A DNA stretch of 32,000 bases. It comes from Candidatus Jordarchaeales archaeon (GTDB taxonomy: Archaea > Asgardarchaeota > Jordiarchaeia > Jordiarchaeales > Freyrarchaeaceae). The stretch covers positions 554,499-586,498 of the forward strand of contig JAWAHN010000001.1 in assembly GCA_038889235.1 (NCBI GenBank), in the 5' to 3' direction. The notes below the pieces were generated by a model that was not told where the DNA came from, searched no databases, and saw only the letters and a program-made list of their open reading frames with translations. The stretch's first letter is position 1, and the number at the start of each line of letters is the position of its first letter. Below, one piece after another: positions 9,142-16,964 of this stretch. Position numbers and translations under genes: made by a program.

Positions 9142-10068
9142 ATGCTCGTAGACCGCTTTGGGCGACAGGTCAGCAACCTTAGGATTTCTCTTACCCAGAA
9201 ATGCAATCTGGCATGTTTTTACTGTCACCATGAGGGAGAGGGGTGTAGTGGTGGACTGCGCGAACAAGACAGCATGACGCCAGACGAGGTGGCGTTCATA
9301 GTTGGAGCTGCAGCGGAGCTGGGTGTGCGGAGCGTTAAATTGACGGGGGGAGAGCCTCTTCTGTACGATGGGGTTGAGGAAGTTGTCAGGAAGATATCAT
9401 CAGTTAAGGGTGTAGTTGACGTATCAATGACTACCAACGGCGTGCTTTTATCTGAGTGGGCTGAGAGGTTAGCTAGAGCTGGGCTGAGTAGGGTTAATGT
9501 GAGCTTAGACACTCTTTCAAGGGAAAAATACAAGATGATAACGGGGAGAGACGACTTCGAGAAGGTTATAGAAGGAATAGATGCGGCCCTCGATGTAGGT
9601 TTAACTCCAGTTAAGCTGAATATGGTTCTACTGAAGGGGGTCAACGTGTCAGAGTTGGAGTCGATGATCGAGTTTGTGAGGGGGAGAGAAGGGTGTGTGC
9701 TGCAGGTTATAGAGCTTGTCCCTAGAATCCCGGCGCTCGAAAAATACCACATTAGCCCATTATTTGTTGAAGAGATGCTTGAACGGAGGGCGGTTAGAGT
9801 CGTCGTAAGGGGGATGCATAGAAGGAAAAAATTCTTCTTAGAAGGAGGGGGGGAGGTTGAAGTAGTCAGGCCCGTTCACAACAGCGAGTTTTGCGCTAAC
9901 TGCAATAGGTTGAGAGTTACAAGCGACGGGAAGCTGAAGCCTTGCCTGATGCGCAACGATAACTTGGTCGACGTTCTCACCCCTATAAGAAGGGGAGCTT
10001 CGAAGGAGGAAGTTAAACGGCTCTTGCTTGAAGCCGTGAGCAGGCGCACCCCCTACTACCGTTGCTAG
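9142..10068 (+). CDS. moaA: GTP 3',8-cyclase (molybdenum/tungsten cofactor biosynthesis radical SAM enzyme)
   Basis: LRISLTQKCNLACFYCHHEG (CxxxCxxC), LTGGEPL, NVSLDTL and C-terminal CANCNRLRVTSDGKLKPC (second cluster). GAGGGG SD. Confidence 0.95.
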   Translation: MLVDRFGRQVSNLRISLTQKCNLACFYCHHEGEGCSGGLREQDSMTPDEVAFIVGAAAELGVRSVKLTGGEPLLYDGVEEVVRKISSVKGVVDVSMTTNGVLLSEWAERLARAGLSRVNVSLDTLSREKYKMITGRDDFEKVIEGIDAALDVGLTPVKLNMVLLKGVNVSELESMIEFVRGREGCVLQVIELVPRIPALEKYHISPLFVEEMLERRAVRVVVRGMHRRKKFFLEGGGEVEVVRPVHNSEFCANCNRLRVTSDGKLKPCLMRNDNLVDVLTPIRRGASKEEVKRLLLEAVSRRTPYYRC

Positions 10069-11174
10069 AAGAGTTCGATTATGTCTGCAACCTTTATATC
10101 CGCCTTCTTTCTTCTAGCACTACCCTCTAGCATTAGCTCACACATCGGACAAGAGGTTATAACTAGACTTGCACCGGTGGTTAAGGCTTCTTCCAGCCTC
10201 CTATCAGCGATCTTGGCGGCAAGTCCAGGGTGCGATAGCGGTACCCCACCTCCACCGCCGCAGCAAAGGGTTTTCAGCTTATTGTGTTTCATTTCAACTA
10301 GGATCGCGCCCGCGGCGTTCCCAATTATTGAGCGTGGCTCGTCGACTATCCTCGAATACCTGGCGAGGTGGCATGGATCATGAAATGTCACATATGCACT
10401 TAGCCTGCGTGGGGACAACTTTCCAGTTTCAACGCTTCTCGCAAGAACCTGTGTTATGTGTTCTACCTCAAAGTCAAAATCGAAAAACTTCGGGTACTCT
10501 TTCGAGAGGGTTTCGTGGCATCCTGGGCAAGGTGTTATAATGCGCTTTACCCCAGCTTCCCTAAGTCTCTTAATGACTAACTTACCGTAATCAATGAACT
10601 TTTCCACTTGCCCCGAAACGAGGAGTATGTTCCCACAGCAGGGTTCATCTGGCCCAAGCCACCCTACGTTTCCAAGCCTCGAAACTACTTCCCCCATTTT
10701 GGCCACTCTTTCTGGGAAGTACTGGGCGTAACTACAGCCAACAAAGAGTATAGTTTCACCGCCTTTCGGGAGTGCAACAGACTTGCGGAGGAGCTTTGAG
10801 TAAGGGTTGCCGAAGCTAAGCACCATGTCCGCCGCTTTCTTGTGTTCTGGGTCTAAGTAGCCTAGGCGCACCAGTTCCGACCTGAGAGCAATGATGACGT
10901 CGACGGTTTGTAGGGCACATCTATACATGCAGTAACCGCACGTAGTGCAAGCTGTAGCGGACTTCAGAAGGCTTTCACTAGGCCTGATGACACCTTCGAT
11001 GAGCCCCCTAGCAGCTAGCATCTTCCCCCTACTAGAATAGGGCTCTAACCTTAGCTCTTTAAAGAAGGGGCACTCTTCAACGCAGTGGCCGCCACTTTGG
11101 GTTTAGAAGTGGCTGTAGCCGCACCTCGTCCTGTTACAAGTGTAAATGTCTGGGATGTATTTCTCAAGGTGCAA
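10065..11174 (-). CDS. Fe-S oxidoreductase subunit (GlcF/HdrD-like: 2x[4Fe-4S] plus two CCG domains); two-exon model 11174-11115 + 11084-10065, 359 aa
   Basis: TTG at 11174 sits 7 nt after GAGGTG. Exon 1 reads MHLEKYIPDIYTCNRTRCGY and exon 2 continues CVEECPFFKELRLEPYSSRGKMLAARG. The second motif is CTTCGYCMYRC; CCG domains are EPCCGN..PCPGC and HDPCH..LCCGGGGG..SCPMC. The ORF-track start at 11021 lacks the first cluster motif. Confidence 0.85.
11085..11114 (-). other. Putative 30-nt bulge-helix-bulge (tRNA-endonuclease-type) intron in a protein-coding gene
   Basis: Minus strand reads GGUGC-GGCU-AC^A-GCCACUU-cuaaaccca-AAGUGGC-GGCC-AC^U-GCGUU: outer helix, 4-bp central helix, two 3-nt bulges and a 7-bp inner hairpin. 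An in-frame UAA lies in the loop. Excision at the canonical positions restores the Cys motif. Confidence 0.8.
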
Positions 11175-11178
11175 TCGC

Positions 11179-12645
11179 TCACACCTCGGGTGTTTCTCTT
11201 ATCCACTTTGAAACGAACTTTTTCCCGGGGTTGAGGATGTTCTTCGGGTCAAACACACGCTTCAGCTCCAACATATACTCGAAAGATTTCCCATGCTCAT
11301 ACTTGTTAAAGCCGCCAAGCCGCTCCCCGTCCCCTATGTACGTGCTCATGGTTCCTTCAAGGTCTACAGCCATCTTGCTCATTTCAGCAACATACTTGTA
11401 GAAGCGACGTACTTCGTCGGGGTTTCCATCGTCCACGAATACCGCGAAGCTTATGCTTGGACTAGCCCTGTTAGGCCTCTGATGGTAGATGCACATCCCC
11501 AGAACCTCTAGGCCATTTTTAGCTGCGATCTCGAGGTACTTTCTGTACGCCTCCTCTATTCGTCCTAGCGGTATTCCCAGGTCTGCGGCGCCGAACTTTT
11601 TCACTCTTTGACTGTCAGGCCACTTCTGCTTGAATGGTTCAAACTCGAGAAGGTGCTTGCTTGTCCACCAGCTTTCGACGAGCTCCCTCTCCTTAACAAT
11701 AACACCGCCCGCGCTTTCAACAATCTTCAAAGCATAGTTCCTTGAGAACTCGGCGACCTCCTTATCTCCACTGAAGGAGAAGAATAATATTGCTTCAGCC
11801 CATTCCGGTATTTCGGGCGTCTTACCATACTTCTGCCGGTATGCATGAGTATAAAATTGAAGTCTCTTCTTGCAGTTGATGTGCGCGCTCTCCACGCTCA
11901 ACCCCGCCTGGACCATCCTCTCAAGAGCTAAGACGGCAGAGGACAACGACCTAAAAACCGCCGCCTCGACCACTCTGGTTTCGGGCTTCGCGAAAACTCT
12001 AAGGGTGGCTTCCGTTATTATTCCGAGTGTTCCCTCCGCTCCAACCATAAGCCAATGCAACTTGTAACCGGTGGAGGAACAAGCAGCCTTTCGGTGGCCA
12101 AGTCTTACTACTTCCCCTTTACCGTCGACTATGACGACGTTGAGCAGGTAGTCGGCGGGTTTACCATACCTTATTCCAAAGGTGCCATCATTATCGCACG
12201 CTATAGCAGCCCCAACAGTTGAAACAGGCTTGCTTTCTGGGTCGTGCGGCCACCAGAGATTATATTTCGCCAGCTCATCGTTCAATGCAGCAATTGTAAT
12301 TCCAGCTTGAACGGTCACCGTCATGTTCTCCTTGTCTATCTCTAGGATTTTGTTAAGCCCGCGTGTATCTATAAGAATGCAATCTTCGACGGGAACCGCG
12401 CCGCCTCCCATGCCTGTTCCACCGCCGAAGGGGACCACTGGAATGCCGTGCTCATAAGCTACGCGTACAGTCTCAGCCACTTCCTCAGTGCTCGTTGGCC
12501 TCACGACTATAGCGGGGAGAGAGTAATCGCTGGCTGGGCGAGGCGACCAATCCCTACTATATGTAAACATTACAAAGTCCTCTGTGAAGACTTTGTCTTT
12601 CCCTAGTCTTTCTTTCAGTTCTTCTACTATTGAGTTGTTCATCAT
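11179..12645 (-). CDS. FAD-linked oxidoreductase (GlcD/D-2-hydroxyacid dehydrogenase superfamily), substrate unknown
   Basis: PAIVVRP, VVPFGGGTGMGGG, TVQAGI, WPHDPES..STVGAAIA, GAEGTLGIITEATLR and VFDPKNILNPGK. Start is ATG 12645 or 12642. The stop is 4 nt from the Fe-S gene start. Confidence 0.88.
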   Translation of the reverse strand: MMNNSIVEELKERLGKDKVFTEDFVMFTYSRDWSPRPASDYSLPAIVVRPTSTEEVAETVRVAYEHGIPVVPFGGGTGMGGGAVPVEDCILIDTRGLNKILEIDKENMTVTVQAGITIAALNDELAKYNLWWPHDPESKPVSTVGAAIACDNDGTFGIRYGKPADYLLNVVIVDGKGEVVRLGHRKAACSSTGYKLHWLMVGAEGTLGIITEATLRVFAKPETRVVEAAVFRSLSSAVLALERMVQAGLSVESAHINCKKRLQFYTHAYRQKYGKTPEIPEWAEAILFFSFSGDKEVAEFSRNYALKIVESAGGVIVKERELVESWWTSKHLLEFEPFKQKWPDSQRVKKFGAADLGIPLGRIEEAYRKYLEIAAKNGLEVLGMCIYHQRPNRASPSISFAVFVDDGNPDEVRRFYKYVAEMSKMAVDLEGTMSTYIGDGERLGGFNKYEHGKSFEYMLELKRVFDPKNILNPGKKFVSKWIRETPEV

Positions 12646-12794
12646 TCCACCACGTCGATGCAGCTTCACAGGCCGCCCGTTTAATTACTCTTACATGTAG
12701 AAATTTTTATTACTTTAGCGTCTGAAATAGTGCTTCAGAAAGACGTTTTGGTGACGGAGCTAGGCGGCCCATTTTTGTTTGAAAGGGGTGTTCT

Positions 12795-13310
12795 GTGATG
12801 GTAAAAAGAGATTATCCCGAAAAGGAGCTGTCCATACTGCTTTCTGGTTTTGAGGAGGCTTTGGGAAAGTGCCGGATGGCTGCTTCCAATTTTTCTAGCA
12901 GAGTTTTGTCTATAAGTGGTGATGACGTCAGTAATAGGAGTGATGTTGTTAAAGGAGTTGAGGAGGCACTGGACGCGTTATTCGACGTTTACGAGCAGCT
13001 TTCCAGGCTTGAGGATGTTGCTGAAAGCACTGTTGGATTCACCATGAATGAAGACGAGGACAAAAAAATTTGGAATTTTATAAAGACTGTTAGAAGCGTG
13101 AGAGAGAAAGTGGAGATGCTTCAAAAGAACCTAAAGAACTATGTTAAAACCGTTGAGTCACCTGACTTAGCCCCTCTAGCCAAAAAGGAGCTTGAAAAAG
13201 AGGTTAGAACGTTTAACGACACGGTAAAAATGTTGGACACGCGGGGGAACGAATTCTTGGTCATACTCCGCTCAATGTACGAGAGGGCGAGGATGGGACG
13301 ACTACCCTAA
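12795..13310 (+). CDS. Hypothetical all-helical/coiled-coil protein
   Basis: 171-aa ORF with a GGGGTG SD, charged amphipathic heptad pattern and no recognised motif. It fills the gap between divergent and convergent neighbours. Confidence 0.75.
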   Translation: MMVKRDYPEKELSILLSGFEEALGKCRMAASNFSSRVLSISGDDVSNRSDVVKGVEEALDALFDVYEQLSRLEDVAESTVGFTMNEDEDKKIWNFIKTVRSVREKVEMLQKNLKNYVKTVESPDLAPLAKKELEKEVRTFNDTVKMLDTRGNEFLVILRSMYERARMGRLP

Positions 13311-13315
13311 ATGAG

Positions 13316-14617
13316 CTACCGCTCTCCGCCGGTTTCCTCTCGCTCTCTTTTTTTACCGCTCCTGGCGGCTAATTTTATGAGTGTTGAAGCCATGGAGAAG
13401 CTCAATGCTATAGGGAGCAAGGTGATTAGCACTATTTCCGGCTGTGAAGTTTCTATGCTCTCAAGTACTATGAGCGGGGCGCCTGCCTGATACAAAACGA
13501 AAGTGGAGGTTAAGCAAACAAAGGACAATACTGCGACTGCGCACACTCTTAGTGCGACATTTTTCAGCGAGGACTTGAGAAGGGATGTGGCTTTTATGGT
13601 TACGCTTCCGGCGCTCAGCGTTAAACGCGCTTCGGGAATCTTGAGGAAAACTTCTTCCATGTAGGTTTTCAGTCTGCGAGCATCATGAAGTACTTCTAAC
13701 TTTGCGGCTTCGGGACTACTGAAAATTTTCATTTTCATTAGTTTCTCGAGAAATTCCAAAGCTTCCTTGCTGAGCTGAACTCCTCCCCCCATTTCCATGG
13801 CGTTGGATGCTGACGCCAGCTCGTCTACTGCTCTTAGTTGTTTTGCGACAGTTTCACTTCTCTCATAGAGCGGAGAGGTTAACTCCGAAACGTATACGAA
13901 GAAGAGCCCTATCTCAACATAAAGGTAGCATATGAGAGATATAAGGAATATTGGAGATGTGAGGAAGCTTTCGAGCACGCCCAGCATTCCTCCGAAGACA
14001 AGGTACTGGAATATGGCGTTTGATGCTAAGGAAAAGCCGGCAGGAGCACCTATGTTGGCATGCCCTGTCAGAGCGGCTAGCCCAAAGGAGGAAACGACTA
14101 GAATAAACGATGAGAAAAGATATTTTACTCTAACCTTTAACGCGAAAAGGGCCCCTGCCACTATGGAGCCCAAAGCCAGGACTTGGAATAGAAGGAAATA
14201 TATTGACCAAACGCAAGAGAGGCACGCGTATCCGAGGAGTGCCCACCTAACGGACGGCCAAATGAGTAGCAGTTGTTCAGGGGAGAGAGACGCGATGAGG
14301 TAAGCTATTGGCAAGGGAGAAAAGTAAATTGCAGCTATGAATGCTTCAACGATAGCTTCTACCATGGCGTACATGAAGAAGAGTTTGGGTTCAAACAGTA
14401 CGAAAAGAACGGGTAAAGAGGACTCCACTACGAGTGACGTGGATGCATTTACTAGCATCGTTACAACGAAGACAATGAAGAACCTTGCTCTCCACGCCAC
14501 AATACCCAGTAGGCCGGGATCCCAAATGTAGACCCAAATGTTTTCGTATTTCATGTAAGGCTGAATGTTTGAGTATACGGCGCTAAACATGGCGACAAAT
14601 AGGACTGCTGAGATCAC
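13316..14617 (-). CDS. Hypothetical polytopic membrane protein (last gene of the MoxR operon)
   Basis: About 8 hydrophobic segments in the N-terminal 250 aa, a charged soluble segment, then 2 further TM segments. Co-oriented 54 nt after DUF58; the start is uncertain. Confidence 0.75.
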   Translation of the reverse strand: MISAVLFVAMFSAVYSNIQPYMKYENIWVYIWDPGLLGIVAWRARFFIVFVVTMLVNASTSLVVESSLPVLFVLFEPKLFFMYAMVEAIVEAFIAAIYFSPLPIAYLIASLSPEQLLLIWPSVRWALLGYACLSCVWSIYFLLFQVLALGSIVAGALFALKVRVKYLFSSFILVVSSFGLAALTGHANIGAPAGFSLASNAIFQYLVFGGMLGVLESFLTSPIFLISLICYLYVEIGLFFVYVSELTSPLYERSETVAKQLRAVDELASASNAMEMGGGVQLSKEALEFLEKLMKMKIFSSPEAAKLEVLHDARRLKTYMEEVFLKIPEARLTLSAGSVTIKATSLLKSSLKNVALRVCAVAVLSFVCLTSTFVLYQAGAPLIVLESIETSQPEIVLITLLPIALSFSMASTLIKLAARSGKKREREETGGER

Positions 14618-14670
14618 GCTGATTCCTAGCCTACTCCTACTAAGTTTTAATTTGAGTGAGAAGCTTTCGC

Positions 14671-15993
14671 TCAGCGTAACGCTATCCCCCTCTTCTTGGC
14701 GCTCAGATATTGGTTTATTATCGCCGGCAGGAAGTCATCTGGCCCGACATTTACAACTTTCACATCCATCCTAGCTAGCTCGTCGCTCACTTTCTTCCTG
14801 AATTCTAGAAGTTCTTCGGACACTGCTTCGGCAAGAGCTCTATCGACAGGTGAGAGAGCGTCTGGGTGCACTTCAAACCATGGTCCGAAGGGTGATATGA
14901 CTAACATGTGGTTTCTGTGCGCCCTTATCAGCTTGACTGCTTCAACTATGTCGTTCATTTCTCCTTCGAGGTCGCTAATCAGAATGTAGAGCATTCTTTT
15001 AGGAGCTCTCTTTATAACCCATTCAACGCATTCTTTCATACGTGTTCCGCCGGTAGGTTCCACGAATGCCAGGGCTTCAAGTATTTTGTAAAAGTAGTTT
15101 TTTCCAGGCTTTGGGGGGACATACTGGTACACTTTGTCGGAGAATGCTGCAAGTCCTACTTCGTCTCTTCGCTCCAGCGCAACCTTGGCCAATAAGACTG
15201 CCGCCCTTACGGCGAAGTCTAGCTTTGTGTTATCGGGTAGCCCACCACCCATACTGCTACTGCAGTCGAGAAGCAGCATTACTTTGATGTTGCGCTCGCT
15301 TTCAAACTCTCTAACAACTAGGTCCCCAGTCCTGGCAGTTGCCTTCCAGTCGATGCGTCTAAAGTCGTCCATGGGAAGGTAATCGCGTAGACCGAAAAAC
15401 TCGGCACCGATTCCCTTCTGTCTAGTCCTATGGACTCCGAAAAGTCGGCCTAAAACTCTTTTTGCGCCTAGAGCTTCAAGCCTTCTTACATCCTTGTAAG
15501 ACGGGTAAACGAGTATATCCGTGTAAACAGGGACTTCTTTTTCTTCGAAAAGCAAGCCCATCCTGTCCCTCATGACAAGCTTTACAGGCCCCAGTTTGTG
15601 CAAGCCTCTCTTCCTGCACTGAAGTATATAGGAAAACTTTACTTCTTCCCCTGGGTTTAACTTCGTTAGTATCTTGTTTTCACCTACGACGAGTGTGAAG
15701 ACTTCGGGGTAGCCGTCTTCCACTTGTAAATAATCTATTCTCATCTTACCCTTGTTTGAAATGGATACCGTTACGTGGATAAATTCCTCAGCAAAAACTT
15801 TCTCTTTATCAAGCGTCCTTGTGACCTCAATGCCCTCAAAGCTGGACGAGGCGGCAAAAAAGGGCATGCTGACGACGGAGGCTATGATGAGCATTGCCCC
15901 TAATAGGACGAGGAAGTAGTTCACTGTGGAAAAACCGAATACGAGAGTGAATATACCGGTGACTATTGTTAGACCGCCCCTTGCCGTCAGCAT
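14671..15993 (-). CDS. DUF58 / von Willebrand A domain protein with N-terminal membrane anchor
   Basis: Two N-terminal TM helices, GAEFFGLRDYLPMDDFRRIDWKATAR (DUF58 signature) and LLDCSSSMG (MIDAS DxSxS). Confidence 0.9.
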   Translation of the reverse strand: MLTARGGLTIVTGIFTLVFGFSTVNYFLVLLGAMLIIASVVSMPFFAASSSFEGIEVTRTLDKEKVFAEEFIHVTVSISNKGKMRIDYLQVEDGYPEVFTLVVGENKILTKLNPGEEVKFSYILQCRKRGLHKLGPVKLVMRDRMGLLFEEKEVPVYTDILVYPSYKDVRRLEALGAKRVLGRLFGVHRTRQKGIGAEFFGLRDYLPMDDFRRIDWKATARTGDLVVREFESERNIKVMLLLDCSSSMGGGLPDNTKLDFAVRAAVLLAKVALERRDEVGLAAFSDKVYQYVPPKPGKNYFYKILEALAFVEPTGGTRMKECVEWVIKRAPKRMLYILISDLEGEMNDIVEAVKLIRAHRNHMLVISPFGPWFEVHPDALSPVDRALAEAVSEELLEFRKKVSDELARMDVKVVNVGPDDFLPAIINQYLSAKKRGIALR

Positions 15994-16004
15994 GCGCTCC
16001 CCTT

Positions 16005-16964
16005 CTAGAGAGGCACAGGTGTCTCCTCTAGCAGGCGCTCCACGATCTTCTCCACTGTTATGCCTTCCAGCTCGGCTTCCGGCCTCAGTATCAGCCTATG
16101 AACGAATGTCTGCTTTGCTATCGCTTTAACGTCGTCGGGTATAACGTAGTCTCTTCCATTCAGCGCAGCTCTCGCCATAGAACCCTCCATTAGGACTATC
16201 GAGGCTCTCGGGCTTCCCCCCAGCAGGATCTGAGGGTGTCTTCTAGTTCTGACAACGAGTTCCCTTATGTAGTCCATTATTTCGGGTGCAACGTAGACCT
16301 TCTTGACCAACTGCTGCATCTTAATTATGAGACTCGGAGAAGCAACCGGGTTCACGTCGTTGATGCTCACATTAATCCTTCTCCTAAGTATTTCGACTTC
16401 CTCGTCTTCGGAGGGGTATCCAACTGTTAGTTTGAAGAGAAACCTGTCAAGCTGAGCTTCCGGGAGAGGGTAAACTCCCTCGGACGTTTCTACGGGGTTT
16501 TGGGTGGCGATGACTATGAATGGTGTGGGTAACGGGTGCGTCACACCTTCAACGGTCACCTGTCTTTCCTGCATTGCCTCGAGAAGCGCTGACTGCGTTT
16601 TTGGAGGAGCCCTATTTATTTCGTCCGCTAGGACGACGTTCGCGAATATTGGTCCAGGTCGGAACTCGAATTCACCGCTTTTTTGGTTAAATACATACGT
16701 CCCTATGATGTCTGATGGAAGCAAATCTGGGGTGAACTGTATTCTCTTGAATGAAATTCCGAGAGTTTTCGCGAAGGTTTTAGCTATGAAGGTCTTAGCG
16801 ACGCCTGGAACTCCTTCGAGGAGGACGTGGCCGTTGCACAGGAGGGCTATTAAGAGGTTTTCAAATATGTCGAGTTTTCCCACTATGACTTTCTTAAACT
16901 CTTCCAGTATGATTTTTGCGAATGACTGCATGCTTTTAACGTCAAGTTCAAGCTCGCTTTCCAA
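16005..16964 (-). CDS. moxR: MoxR-family AAA+ ATPase
   Basis: HVLLEGVPGVAKT (Walker A), RIQFTPDLLPSDIIG, LADEINRAPPKTQSALLE (Walker B), ATQNPVE, YPLPEAQLDRF and GSPRAS. Confidence 0.95.
   Translation of the reverse strand: MESELELDVKSMQSFAKIILEEFKKVIVGKLDIFENLLIALLCNGHVLLEGVPGVAKTFIAKTFAKTLGISFKRIQFTPDLLPSDIIGTYVFNQKSGEFEFRPGPIFANVVLADEINRAPPKTQSALLEAMQERQVTVEGVTHPLPTPFIVIATQNPVETSEGVYPLPEAQLDRFLFKLTVGYPSEDEEVEILRRRINVSINDVNPVASPSLIIKMQQLVKKVYVAPEIMDYIRELVVRTRRHPQILLGGSPRASIVLMEGSMARAALNGRDYVIPDDVKAIAKQTFVHRLILRPEAELEGITVEKIVERLLEETPVPL

Noticed and set aside
10065-11021. ORF-track start at Met 11021 as the true start of the Fe-S gene
   Set aside because: It would omit the first [4Fe-4S] motif and leave about 155 nt of clearly coding-like sequence upstream. 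The TTG at 11174 has a strong SD and couples to the upstream gene.
11103-11105. Selenocysteine/pyrrolysine read-through or a simple nonsense mutation as the explanation for the stop in the Fe-S gene
   Set aside because: The codon is TAA, not TGA or TAG. Read-through would still leave 10 extra residues splitting the CxxC spacing, whereas BHB excision restores it exactly.
12671-12768. GGCCGCC/GGCGGCC inverted repeat bracketing the spacer (possible MITE ends)
   Set aside because: It is only 7 bp, has no target-site duplication and no second copy in the window.
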